A stretch of 64,000 nucleotides of DNA from contig NW_005434648.1 of assembly GCF_000315625.1 (NCBI RefSeq), positions 596,974-660,973 of the forward strand. The letters run 5' to 3'. Shown here piece by piece: positions 47,990-64,000 of the stretch. The stretch comes from Guillardia theta CCMP2712 (lineage: Eukaryota > Protista > Cryptophyta). The stretch's first letter is position 1. Each line of letters begins with the position of its first letter. The notes below the pieces were generated by a model. That model saw only the letters and a list, made by a program, of their open reading frames with translations. It made no database searches and had not been told where the DNA came from. The position numbers and the translations under genes were made by a program.

Positions 47990-50031
47990 CTACTTTGTTT
48001 CTGGCAACTGCATCCGAGCCCTGAGAAGTCTGTCAGCAGCAGCTCACAGATAGCCTAGTCTCTAGGCATCCTAAGGGGAACCTGTGCGATCGCTGGCAGT
48101 CCGTCCCTTATCAATCGGGTTTTCCCTGTAGAACAATCGAAGGTCAAGGACGCTCGCAAGATGAAGGAGCGGGGAAACCTTTGCTGTCCTTTGCAAGCTC
48201 CAGCTGCGCAAGCTCAGGCTTGAGAGCCCAGAACAAGACATTGGCGCAAGTACGTTTAATGATGGCATCCTGGAAGCAGGTAGGTTGAGACTTGTAGCAC
48301 AAGTCAAGCAAGGTGACCTGAGCACAAGCCAGCTCTGTGAGCATGTCAGCGCCTCCCGAGCGGAAGAAACGGATAGCATTGGCAGGAACAGGTCGGGAGA
48401 ACTCTTTCATCTTATCTTCAACTTTCACCCAGATCTGAGTGAGGTCATTATGATTCAAGAGCAGAGCTGACTGTCTCTACCTCTATCTCTTCAGCAGCCT
48501 TGTTCATCTTGTTGAAATCCCCACTCTGTATCATCGATTTCCACGAATCTAATTTAGCTTGTTGTTCGGAATCTATTTGTACAGCCTGCAGTGCTCAAAG
48601 GTCATTGTGCCACAGGGTGAGGGTGCAATGGATGAATCATTTACCTCCAACTTTGACCTGTTCAGTTCATCTTGCCCGAAATATTTGTCTTGCAACATGT
48701 TCGCTTCAACCAAAGCTAGCTGTGATAAGATCCTGTTATCGTATCCTTGAAATCCTGGATTCTTCCTTTGTATTCTCCAGGCCTAAGTAGACGGAAATGA
48801 GGAAAGGCAGAGAGAACTTAGAAGGGGAAAACCTGTATCATCATCGCCTCAAAATACTCGTCGTCAAGGTCCTCTCCTACGATTCTGTAATACTCCTCGA
48901 ATTCCTGTGAGAAGAACAAGGAGAGAGCGAGAGGAGCAAGGAGAGTGTGAGTCAATCTAAAAATAATTGCATGTGATATCATACAAGTATAGTGAAACTT
49001 TGGTTACCTCTAGTCTCAAATCTTGATATTTCACGGTCGTGCCGGGTTCATAAACTCCTCCTTTGAACCTCGCTAGAACGCTCAAGTAAATCTGATCTTC
49101 ACTCCAATGATTCACTCCTTCTGCTGAGTATCTTGTGTTTTCATAAGTGAATGTAAGGCATACAGGGTACGCCGAGAGAATACCTTGGATGAGACTTGGC
49201 GTTGTATCCCTTGTTTCGCAAATCATCGATCGTCACTAAACCGTCCCCATCGTGATCAAGCTTGTGAAAGGCCTCACGCACAAGTTCACGCCTTGCAACA
49301 ACAACATGAGATGTTCCAAGGAGAGGGAAAAGGCTCACCTGCTCTCATTCATATCATATTTCAGCCTCATAGCCTTCATCTTCTCATCCCTCTCTTTCAA
49401 ATCTCCCCAGTACACGACCGAGGATGAAGTTCCGAACAATCCAAGCGAGCTCTTCTTTTTGGCGCTCCAGTTGTCAAATTGTGGTCTCTGCAAGTTAGCC
49501 GGGGTTCCTGTGTGGAACGGGGCACTTGGGCGATAATGATTCATATTTGACACTGCCAATCTGTTTGAATGTCCAATCAGAACGACCGGGGTGTTGCAAA
49601 CGCTTATCTTACTTGCCCTGACCATATCCAGCTGATCGTACCGCCCGAACTCTTTCAGGATACAAATTCCCCTCGGGTTTGTATCCTCCCGTGTAGCTGT
49701 TGCCACCAGTTGTCCTCTCCGACGGTCGGTTGAAATGGGAGGACCCCTTCCTATCGCCCCAAAGTTAAGCTCGGAACGTAGACTACTCCGGAGAAGCAAG
49801 CATTCAGCACTGACCTGTGCATGGGTTCACCGACAAGAGGCCTGACGGCGTTCTTGGAGCTTGCTTGAGGTCGATATGCTCCTGGAAATCTTTGTCAGGG
49901 AATTCGAAAACTGAACTACAAAAAGTGGAGGGATCAACATCTTGAAGAGGGTCATGGAGGAAGCGAAGGCGCAAGGGCAGAGAAGAGAAAGGACGAGGCA
50001 GTGGAGGCATCTTGTCTCCTACCGAAGCCAT
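47990..50031 (-). CDS. Calcyphosine-like EF-hand protein, multi-exon
   Basis: RRELVREAFHKLDHDGDGLVTIDDLRNKGYNAKSHP (EF-hand followed by the Y-x-A-x-x-HP pattern of calcyphosins). Later EFEEYYRIVGEDLDDEYFEAMM. Termini are approximate. Confidence 0.72.
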
Positions 50032-50773
50032 GGGTCGATGGCGCAACGCCCGTCGTAACATTCAACCTTCCCGCCATGACTGTGAGTGATGTGCGTTGAT
50101 TCGGAAGCTTTTTAGTCAACATTCACAGAGTCAGGGCCCGGCCGGGCCCTGCAGTGCCGAAATCCGGGCCCCGGGCTGCCCGTCATTCCGACCTTCGGGA
50201 TTCACTACCCTTGCAGGTGGCATGGCAATGGATCACGACTCGCTATGGCCCGTCAGGCGAGGTCAGGTCCAAGACGGTCAACCTTGAACACTAGCAGTAC
50301 GGTACGGTAGTTCGAAACTTCGAAACTTCGGGACGACTCGCCCGAACGTACGGTGCCGGAATTCCCGAACTTTCAAAGTTTCAAAGTTGGATGGCTCGGA
50401 TAGGCACGGCCTTGATTCGGACTTGCACTGTTGCTACTCAATCTTGCATGCTCGATAATGAGTAAATGAGCGAAGAGAACTTGAGGAAGGCGATGCGACG
50501 ACTGAGAAGAAAGGGAAGGACATGCTCAAGACTTATGACAACCAAATTCAGATGACCTCACGAGAGCCAAGCAATGCAATCTTGGCAAGATATCACATCG
50601 CGTTCGTTTGACAACTAATCTTCATCGTCTTCGCACTTGTGGGTACTTGATTCGATGCTCAAGATCTTCATGTCATGCCTCTTCAGTCCTCTTCTAAAAT
50701 CTTCTGTTGACGACGTTGATTCCATGTTTTCTCCTAACACTTGTTAATGGGGATTGATCGGCCATGACAGGCT

Positions 50774-53293
50774 ATGCCGGCAATGCAAAGGTCAAGCGAG
50801 GAGTATTATATGAGTAAGATCAGGGCACTAGAGAAGCGCTGCGAAGACCTTGAGGCTCTCAACAAGGAGATGTTCACTTACATCCATCAGCTCTCTGATG
50901 CTCAGTCCGCTGCCCATGGTAAGGAAACCGTCGACAGGCTACGATGGCGGATGCTGGAAGTGAATGATCACGGGTGCATGAGAAGGTTTGTTTCGCACTT
51001 GCAGACGATGATGTTGAGCACGGCAAGAGAAGATCAACAAGAAATTCATCGCAAACCATTTGAATTTCTTTCCTCCGAAAACATCCCAGCAGATGTTCGG
51101 GTGCAGATGAAGGGGCTTGAGAGCGAGTTGGCGAGATTGACATCAGGCAAACAACTATTTGTTGTGAATTTTGTCGTCTGACTTGTCAATTGCAGACCTG
51201 GGAAGGATGAAGAAAAGGTGTCAGAAGCTTCAAGAAGAAAAGATTCTAAGGGACTTGCAAACTTCTACATCGTCGTCCGATCATTTGAAGATGAAAGAAG
51301 ATTATCTGAGCTGTTTCATTCGGCAAACATCTGTTCAGTACCTGTCTCTTCTGTCAAAGTTGGAGATTGAATCTGTTCCCAAACTTCTCTGCGAGACGGC
51401 CAGTGGGCTTGATCTTCGCGGCATCACAAGCAACGCAGTTCTCAAGGTGATGTGGCATGGCTGGAAGGAATTCCCATGGTTTGATCCCTCGCCTTAGAAC
51501 TTCTTCGATGACCTGGACACCTCGACGTCGCACGTGTACTTCATGCTCTTTCACCGACTGACAGGTCCTCATGTCTCCATCCTCCCCCTGTTTCTCTGAC
51601 GAGTTTGCGAAGCTACCCCGAGTGTCTCCCCCATCCACTCTTTGCAGGACAGCAGGAGTTTGTCGGAAGAGGCTCGCCCAGACACAAACACCTCCTACAA
51701 GGACGAGATCGTCGGGAGAGTCATACAGCAACTGAAGCTGGAGGATAAGGTCGATCAGATCTGCTCGGGGATAAGAGCTTTCTTCTCTGCTCTGCTCCGT
51801 CACATCAGATCCCACGAGCGGTTGCAACTGACCTATAGCGTGCAAGCCGCCATAACCCGATCGCTGTCGGGATCCATTTCAAGACATCTGCAAAACATGG
51901 AGAGCAAGCTGGAGGGCTCCGTTGGATCTGCACAAGTCCTGCGAGTCTGCAGGAGGGTTCCAAGTTTGCGGGTGGTGGTGTACGCGATCTTGGCGCTTCA
52001 ACGGATTCAACGACTGGCGGTCATCGCCAGCATCAGGTTGAACATTCTAGGGAGCAGCGAGGGGGGAAGAGAAACTCTAGTCCGATGTCTCCTCGCCCTC
52101 AAAGATGCTCGACAACTCTCGCCCGGCTCAGACCGAGTCGGAGGCGTGAAGGACTTGATCGCGAGCACCTGCTGCAGATGCCTTCCTGAAGTGACTCCCC
52201 CTGACGAATCTGACGAGTTTTCCCTCCCCTCCTTTCTTCAGTCTGCGCCCACTTCAGCCCCAAGTTTGTTGATACTGCGAGATCCCAGCAGCGCTGCGAG
52301 CTGCTGGGCGCGAGCAAGGAATCTTGACAACGCCGCAGAGATGCTGAGGGTGGGACGACAGCTGGGGAGAGGAAGGGAAGCTCTGACTGTAGTGCAGGGT
52401 GAGAGCGGGAGGTTGGAAGATTATCTCCAGCACTGCGACAATTCATGGATGCAGGAGAACGTGGAAGGAAGGTTGCAGCAGCAGGAGGCGATGATAACTC
52501 TACTCCAGGAGAAGCTCCAGGTAAGACCGACCCTCCCTCCCCCTCCCTCTCTCCCTCCCTCCCCCTCCCTCCCCCTCCCTCCCTCCCTCCTCTCTCCTCT
52601 CTCCTCCCTCCCTCCCCCACTCCCTCCCTCCCTCCCCCTCCCTCCCTCCCTCCCCCTCCTCTGTCCCTCCCTCCCTCTCTCCTCCCTCCCTCCCTCCCCC
52701 TCCCTCCCTCCTCTGTCCCTCCTCTCCCCTTGCTTCCTCGTTGTCTTAGGCTGTGTTAGCGTGTTCAGGCTGAGCTCGAGGACTCAGTGCCGCGAGAGAC
52801 GTACATGAGGATGAAGCAGAAGCATCTTGAGCAGTGAGAACGCTTCGCTTTCTTCCTGCGCTCCTTGGAGCACTTGCTCTTTCCTTGTCTTCTTGTTTTC
52901 AGCTCACTCCCCTTCTCTCCTCCTCCTCTTGTCCTCACTACTACCATTGTCAGCCATCGCCATGTCTCTGCGATAGAAGACGCCATGTCGCCCTCCAGGA
53001 AGCCGAGCGCTGACGTGGAGAAGAGACTCGAGCTGCAGGCGGAGCAGCTGGCAGCAGCGCAGGAGAGCATCCGGAAGCAGGAGGAGGAGATCAGAAAGCT
53101 GCAGGATCGGCTCATTGCTAGGGGGCTGCAGACAACGACGACGTCTCGGCATGCTCTCAGCGCATCCGGAGGATCGAGCATGGGGAGTGAGCGGGGGATG
53201 TCCATCGAAGAGGAGCTGGCGCATGCGGAGGAGGAGCTGGAGTCTTGCAGGAGGCAGATATCGCAAGTCTTGAAAGGCAAACAGAGTCGATGA
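50774..53293 (+). CDS. Hypothetical coiled-coil protein, multi-exon
   Basis: Heptad-rich exons (KIRALEKRCEDLEALNKEM; LELQAEQLAAAQESIRKQEEEIRKLQ) linked by short introns. The true start may lie near 50460. Confidence 0.6.
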
Positions 53294-53310
53294 GGAAGGA
53301 GAGGGAAGAG

Positions 53311-53450
53311 GAGACGGGAGGGAGGAGAAGGGAAGAGATGGGAGGGAGGAGAAGGGAAGAGATGGGAGGGAGGAGAAGGGAAGAGACGGGAGGGAGGAGA
53401 AGGGAAGAGACGGGAGGGAGGAGAAGGGAAGAGACGGGAGGTAGGAGGAG
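53311..53450. repeat. 24-bp minisatellite GGGAGGGAGGAGAAGGGAAGAGAY, about 5-6 copies
   Basis: Directly visible, just after the stop at 53293. Confidence 0.9.
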
Positions 53451-53634
53451 GGAGAGGAGCTTTCAGCAGCTTTAACCATCCAAGTCAAAACAATAAAAAC
53501 TGTAGAATCGCCTCTCATGCTTCAAATCTGCAAAAACAATGTCAGCAGAGAGGCTGAGAAGTATCCGAAAAAAATTACCTCCGATCTCTCTCTCCGAAGG
53601 CGTCTCCTAACGATGTCAACGCCTGCAGGCAAGC

Positions 53635-55904
53635 TCACAACCTCCTCCTCCTCCTCCTCTCCTCCTCTCTTACATCCTCTTGATATGACTGATGGGCCTC
53701 TCTGAACGACAACCGAGAGACGTCCGGACCAGCCTCCTCCTCCTCCTCCGCCACCATGCTTGAGAACGCTTCCTCCACCATGGAGCATTGCGCGTTGATA
53801 CACTGCTCGCTCAGCACAGCATACCAGGACCGGCACTCGTCGTTGTTGCTAGCCTTGAGGTAGATGACTGGCCCGCTCTCCTGCGGCGGTCGCTGGACCT
53901 CGAAGTATTCGGCGCCGCGGTGCACGAGGTCGAACCGGTTTCCTCCCTTCTCCGACAGCGACACGTCCCATGCTCGCAGGTCGAGGGTGATCCCCTTAGC
54001 TCCCCGCCGCGAGTTGGGCGCTAGGATGAGCTGCCCGGTCGTGAGGGTCAGCGTGTAGGAGTTGGCCCACGAGGGGAGGAACGTGCGCTTGTGCTTCCTC
54101 TTGCAGATCCCCTGCTTCAGAATCCTCCTCTGCGCCAGCGCCTGCGCCGCCCGTTGCCGCACCATGTCGAGTTCGGCAGTCGAGATGTTCCCGTGGACGT
54201 ACTTGGGGGCGATGGTCCCGTCTTCTCGCAAGAATGGTGGCATAGAGATTCTGTTGGAGCTGCGACAAGGTCACTCGCACACGTCACCGACTTTTCCTGC
54301 TCTCACTTGTTGCTCTCATACCCGTCCGCCGCTACAGACGCCCGAAGCCTCGCCTTCGCCGTCTCCCAGCCCATCTGTGCCTCAGCTCACGTCAAGATTT
54401 CGTAAAGCGGTCGCAAGGAGGAGCTGAGAAATTGGACTCACCATGTCATGGTCAGCTTGTTCGAGGATCGGAGACACGGGCAGTGACATCGGTCTTCTGC
54501 TTGCAAGTTGCTTTCCCAGCTCGCCACGTCAGCACGTGGGCACAGAGGAGACTGAGAAAACTACCTCGTCCTCGTCCTCGTGGAAGTGAACTGCTCTTCC
54601 TGGGATGCCCTGAAGGGCCTTCATGATTTGTTTGTGCCCTGGTTTGGAGACGCTCCCTCCTATCGGATCACTCCAGGCGCTGTTGCCGGACTTTCCTGAG
54701 GAGACGAGACCATGTGAGAAGTAAGTGGTAGACGAAATGAAGCAGGACAAAAAGAAAGTTGGAGGGAACCCAAGAGGACAAGGAGGACAGGAGGACAGGA
54801 GGACAGGAGGAGGAGGAGGAGGAGAGAAGGTGATCAAGGGGAAGTGGAGGGGAGGTCATCAAGGATGCTCGTAGTGAGCTCATGACATCTCACCTTGCAA
54901 GGAGGAGGAGGAGACGGAGTTTGACTCCATGGAGTTGGAGTCTTCAGCTTCCGTGCCCTGACTTGCTGCCTCACGAATGGCGAGCTGAAAATCAACAAGT
55001 GAAAACAAAGATCAAGGTGATTCCATCACAGGGATGGGGAGGGGACGTGGGAAGGGCAGAGTAAACAGGGAAGGAGACAGACCTGTATCGCAGACGGTCC
55101 CTTGCTGGGAGTCCAACTTGCCAACGTGTTTGCAGATGGAAGTTTTGGTGTCTGCCGGGTGCTGTTGGCTTCAGGGGTAGTTTCCATCGCTGTTAGGAGG
55201 GGCATGGAGGGAGGGGACGGGTAGAAATCTCCCGGGTTGATCGTCTCCCTAATCGTGCTGTCGCGGGACCCGAGGCTGAGCCGAAGGCCCTCGCCATGGC
55301 TGCGCACGTTTTGTCGCAAGCTCTCCAGGACATTGGGGGGCGCTTCCTGCTGCGCCACCTCCTCCGCGTCGTCCTCCACGTCCTCCCGTTCTTCCCGTCC
55401 ACTTATGGCACTTGACCTCGAGTCATTCAGATTGTCATAGTCAACCTTCTGCGAGTGACTCCTCCTCAGCTTCACCCCCCAAGGTGTCAAGATCCCTTCA
55501 TCCTCTCTCCTCTCTGGCGTCTTCTCCTTCTCCTCCTCTTCCTCCTTTACGACTAGCGGGCCTCGAATGCATTGCAGCTTGAATACGTGATCCATGGTCA
55601 GCGCAAGCTCACATTGCTCAGGAATTCTCGTGAGTCCAGCAACTTTCACGCCATTGATGTAAGTCCCGTACGTGCTGAGGTCCTCGAGGATAAGATGTTC
55701 ATCTCCTTCCACTTTTTTCATGTGTATGATGCAGTGCTTGCTACTGATCTTGCTGTCTGCTACCTTCATGTTGTTGTCTCTTCCTCTCCCGATGCTGAAG
55801 GGGAACTTCCATATGATCGAGCTCTCTCCTGCCCCTCCTGCTCCTCCTGCTCCTCCTGCTCCTCCTGTCTTCTTCCTTGTAATCTTCAGCCTAATCCCCG
55901 ACAT
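53635..55904 (-). CDS. FHA + PH domain protein, multi-exon
   Basis: FHA: FSIGRGRDNNMKVADSKISSKHC...LEDLSTYGTYING. PH: LKQGICKRK...SWANSYTLTL...IYLKASNNDECRSWYAVL. Exon-like blocks on the same strand at 54270-54960 link the two. That this is one gene is an inference. Confidence 0.75.
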
Positions 55905-56349
55905 GCCGACCGTTCCAAAATTTGACCACCCCCACCACCAATTGTTCCGTCAACCAGCCACCCCCCAGTTATCCATGGTCAAAGTGAACTTATAGGGTAG
56001 GGGTACTCAGAGGAATTAGGATGGTCATACATAGGTGGTAGAGGGGGACACTTTTTGCGGACGGGTTGTCAAGGAGGGGTGGGGTGGTGGTACAGGTTTG
56101 TCGTCTTTGACCCGACGAATGAGAGAGGAGGAGGAGGAGGAGGAGGAGGAGGAGAGGAGGAGGAGAGGAGGAGGAGAGGAGGAGGAGAGGAAGAGGAGGA
56201 AGATAGAAGAGAAGGAGATGACAGGACCAGCAAGAACAGGAGGATCAGGTGTTGGAGAGAGACGCAAGGGGTGGGATGGGATTTGCGTGCTGTACGCGCA
56301 TTACCTGAGCCATTCAGTGTCTTACTTGATTGCCTGACTAGGAGCAGAA

Positions 56350-60090
<3,741 letters not shown>

Positions 60091-60236
60091 TAATCAAATA
60101 AACAAAATCTTCCACTACTCACCACAGCATCCCTCCTATCCGCATCCCTCTTCCCAATTTCCTCTTCTCCCTCCTTATCCTCTCCCCCTCTCCCCCTCCT
60201 CATCGTTCGCATCCCCCCCTCCTCTCCCCCCCCTCC

Positions 60237-60921
60237 CTACGACGCTTCCTCTGGTTTCTTCGCTCCTTCCCCGCATGGCGGTTTCTGCGCGAGCACGTAC
60301 ACGCCAAAGAACATCTGCATCATCGTCACTTCCTGCAGGGCAGACGCGCTGGGAACCGTCACTCCCTCCTCTTCGGGAACAAGCACATGCTCCAGCTCCT
60401 CCTGTTCAGCCTCGTTAGGATGCGAGAGACAGGGCAGGGAAAGGGAAAGGAGGAGAAGGAGACGTAGGAAGACTGAGAGGAGGAGGAGGAGGAGGAGGAG
60501 GAGGAGGAGGAGGAGGAGGAGGAGGAGGAGGTGGTGGTGGTGGTGGTGGAGGAGGAGGAGGAGGAGGTGGTGGTGGTGGTGGAGGAGGAGGAGGAGGAGG
60601 AGGAGGTGGAGGAGAAGGAGGAGGAGGAGGAGGAGGAGGTGGTGGTGGTGGTGGAGGAGGAGGAGGAGGAGGAGGAGGAGGTGGTGGTGGTGGTGGAGGA
60701 GGAGGAGGTGGTGGTGGAGGAGGTGGTGATGATGATAATGCGGAGGAGGAGCACGAAATGTACCTCAGTGAAATCTGCGCTGCTCATGCCCATCAGGTAG
60801 CCTGACGTCAACTGCACACGATGAGCTCAACACCGATCCTCTCCTCCCGTCCTTGCTCCCATCTCCTCTCTTTTGCTCTCCCTTCTCTTTTTCCTGCTCT
60901 TCCTTTCCCTCCTCCCTCCTC

Positions 60922-60965
<44 letters not shown>

Positions 60966-62008
60966 GCTCATCACCAGCGGGTTTCCTGCTAGTTTGATGC
61001 TGACGATGCACAATCCTCCCTGCCGTTCTCTGTCCTGAGAGTCAGCTGATGGTGCTGCAAGGAGGAGAAGCGGAGAGGAAAACGGGAGGCGGGGGATGAA
61101 AGAGAAGAGGATCCGGAACCATGCACAACAGGGAAGACTGGAGGAAGTTGAGGAGAAAGAGGAGGAAGCGAGGACGGAGGAACAGATTGAGCAGGGAAAC
61201 GAGATGCAGGAGGAGGAAGGGGGAGGGATTCGGATGAGGAGGACAGGGAGGAAGAAAGAGGAGGAAGGAAGGAGGGTGAGATAGGAGGACGGGGAGGGAG
61301 AGAGAGGAAGCAGAGAGGAGGGTGAGGTAGGAGGAGAGGAGGAGGAGGAGGAGGAGGAGCAGGAGGAGGAGGAGGAGGAGGAGAAGGAAGAAGAGGAGGA
61401 GACGTCACAAGAGATCTCGAGCCGACTCGTTGGTGTAGCGCCGGAAATCAACAGGAGCGCGATGAAACTTCTCAAGGAAGGGTGCGGTCCAGAGGAGGTA
61501 TCCTCCTGCAGCATGAGGTAAGAGGAGAAGAGACGTGTAGGGAAAGGTCAGGAGGGCAACAGGAAAGAGGAAGCGATGAGGAAGGACGGAGAAGAGAAGC
61601 AAGAAGAGCGCGGAAGAGCGGAGGAAGAAGAGGAGGAGGATGCAGAGGCAGCGAGGGAGGAGGAGTGGAGTAGAGACCAGGAGCCATGACTTCCACAAGG
61701 CTTCCAATGGCCTCCACGTCATTCTCCAGGTGCTCGAAGACCTGAGAAGAACATGAGAGGAGGAGGAGGAGGAGGAGGAGGAGGAGGAGGAGGAGGAGGA
61801 GGAGGAGGAGGAGGAGGAACAGTAGGGAAAAGATGGGAGACAGCGAGCGGAANNNNNNNNNNNNNNNNNNNNNNNNNNNNNNNNNNNNNNNNNNNNNNNN
61901 NNNNNNNNNNNNNNNNNNNNNNNNNNNNNNNNNNNNNNNNNNNNNNNNNNNNTATTATGATCTTTCCTCTCCTCTCCTCTCCATCTCCATCTCCTCTCCT
62001 CTCCTCTC

Positions 62009-62039
<31 letters not shown>

Positions 62040-64000
62040 CGTCTCTCTGTCTCTCTCTCTCTTCTCGTTACTCGTGTCCTTCTTGTTCCTCCCCTCCCTT
62101 CCCCCCTCCTTTCCTCCTCTCTTCTTCTGCTCTGCTCTCTCTTCCTCATTTCGCTTCAGACGTTCATGATCCACTTACTCTGTCGAGATCGCTGTCTTCC
62201 CTCCACAGATGAGGTCAGATGGGTAGCTGAAACAAAGGCGATGAGCGCAGCAACCAGATTGAAATACAGGACAGACAAACAAGAGAATCCGAAAAAACAC
62301 AGAGATAAGACACAGCGAGAAAATACAGTAATAAGACAAAGAGCGTGAAAACAATAAGACAGAGGATAGAAACTGAGCAAGAGGATAGAAACTGAGCAAG
62401 GGAGATGAGACCATGATGGAATGGTACAGGAGGAGAGGTTATAGAAAGAATATTCATCTCATCCTCACATCATCATAAACATCCTCACATCCACACCCTT
62501 CTAATGAGCAGCAGCAGCAGCAGCATCAGCATCTTCAGCAGCAGAAACAACAACTACCGGATATCCCATTTCTCATCACAGATGCTTGCAAGGATCGATG
62601 TACTGTAATCTTGCCCCCACTCGAGGCACCTTCCTTTCTGCACAGCATTCTTGTCAACGCATCTCCTCTCCCTTCCTCCCAGCCCGCTGCATCCTGCCAC
62701 TCTTCCTGCCCCTCCTCTTTCCTCTCCTCCTGCCCATGCTCGAGCTCGAGCTCGACCTCCTGCCCTTGCCCTTGCCCCTACTCGTGCTCCTGCTCGGGCG
62801 CTACCGGGATCAAGTGTTCGACTTGGCGCATGAAGCGCATGATTGCATATCGAGGAAGCACAAGGAGGTTGAGTGGACCTCCGAGCTTCACTTCCTCGCT
62901 GCGCTCCTCCCGCTCGTTGCCCCAGGTTGAGTTCTCTCCTGCCGTCTTGTCAACTGAAAAGAGAGATGGTGAATGTGATGATGACGACGATGATGATGGT
63001 AATGATGATGGCGGTGATAATGATGATGCAATGTATTACCTATTGGAAGTAACCTTGCTCGGAAGAGGGCACGATGGAGTCGCAAGTACACCTTGGAGGT
63101 ACAATGAGGATTTGAACAAGAATGTCAAGAGAAATCAAGCACAATCGTATCGCTTTACACTCTGAAGACTGTTGATGTCATGGGTACACATTCATCATCT
63201 CTTTCGTCAGCTTTGTCATCATCATTTTCATCATCATTTAAGTTCAAAAACTAATCCTTATCATCATATGTCGCAGTCATCATCATCGTCATCGTCATCA
63301 TCGTCATCAACATCATCATTTTCATCATCATCATCGTCATCGTGAACATCATCAGCAAGTAGCATGAAACTAATTTTCACATCATCGCTTCGCAGTTTCA
63401 CCTCTTGCAACAGATTCTTAGTGTTTGCTCTTGGCACTAGAGGACTTCCGTCCAGCACAGTAGACAGTTTCCCAGGAAGCGCCGCCATGATCTCAGTCAT
63501 GTCTTCCTTCCTCAGTCCCAACGCTTTCTCCAGCTCTCCTCTTGCAGAGCTTTCACGTTGTTCGTTCTTGCACGTCTTGGTGGACAAGTCGTCGATGATA
63601 GCCCTGAGCTCTTCAGCTTCTCCTTCTATGTCTCTCAGTCGCTGAAGCAGCTCGTCGTATTTCTCTTGGGACGCTCCAGCCGCCGCTGGTTCCTCCTTGT
63701 GAGATTTCTGACATGTTTTCAGTGCATTCGGACGAGAAGCTCTCTGCTCACCCGATCGTTGTTGCTCCTCACCACCCTCACGAGGTTGACCGCCTTTGAC
63801 AATCGAACTCGTGAGCGAACATGAAAGATGAAAACAACCGACTCACTTGCTGTGGTGAAGTCACACCGTTGGGCAGCGCGGGACAGAGAGTGATGTTGTA
63901 TACACCTTGAAAGGTTCAGTCGACACAGCAGATTCCTCACATGTTCTCAGACCAACACTCAATGCAAACAGCTGCACTCGGACGATGCGAGAGTCGGGAT
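60237..64000 (-). CDS. Hypothetical protein, multi-exon with microsatellite-inflated introns, 5' end outside the window
   Basis: Short unique exons (RGELEKALGLRKEDMTEIMAAL; VFEHLENDVEAIGSLVEVM; LRSFIALLLISG; MMQMFFGVYVLAQ) between long simple-repeat tracts. The assembly gap interrupts it, and it may be more than one gene. Confidence 0.4.
60475..60735. repeat. Compound (GAG)n/(GTG)n microsatellite
   Basis: Directly visible. Confidence 0.93.
61853..61952. other. Assembly gap (100 N)
   Basis: Run of N flanked by (GGA)n and (CT)n repeats. Confidence 1.

Noticed and set aside
50200-50295. Possible SRP-like or other structured ncRNA (ggtcaggtcc...)
   Set aside because: The GNRA loop and AGCAG partner of the SRP S domain are missing. 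It would need an Rfam search.
50311-50330. Heat-shock element (GAAacTTC twice)
   Set aside because: The 8-bp period breaks the alternating nGAAn pentamer phasing needed for three contiguous units.
51146-51195. Possible GC-AG intron
   Set aside because: A nearby GT donor cannot be excluded without transcript data.

Overview
Gene-dense eukaryotic nuclear DNA with many short (~45-60 nt) GT-AG introns, CTGAC-type branch points and abundant GAGGA/CTCCT, CAG/CTG and CAT microsatellites. I infer a cryptophyte-like alga (Guillardia/Hanusia type), but this is not proven. About 17 protein genes are present, most split across several ORF-track entries. In order: a TPR protein (truncated by the window edge), an intronless PDZ + helical-repeat + RAP protein, a signal-peptide/LRGG protein, a tiny spliced S1FA-like protein missed by the ORF track, a ~2195-aa two-exon P-loop GTPase + SecA-like SF2 ATPase fusion (best candidate for an undescribed system), an ARM/coiled-coil protein, a 4-TM protein, a KKEAE-repeat tandem-Tudor-like protein head-to-head with topoisomerase III beta, a membrane-anchored multi-ubiquitin-like protein, then ankyrin, PX-PDZ-SAM, calcyphosine-like EF-hand and FHA-PH proteins and several hypotheticals. 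There is a 100-N gap at 61853-61952. Intergenic DNA repeatedly shows GGCC/CCGG palindromes and GGGGT/ACCCC clusters. I saw no rRNA, tRNA, CRISPR array or intact transposon. All domain calls are by-eye motif recognition, not database results, and the ends of multi-exon genes are approximate unless stated.
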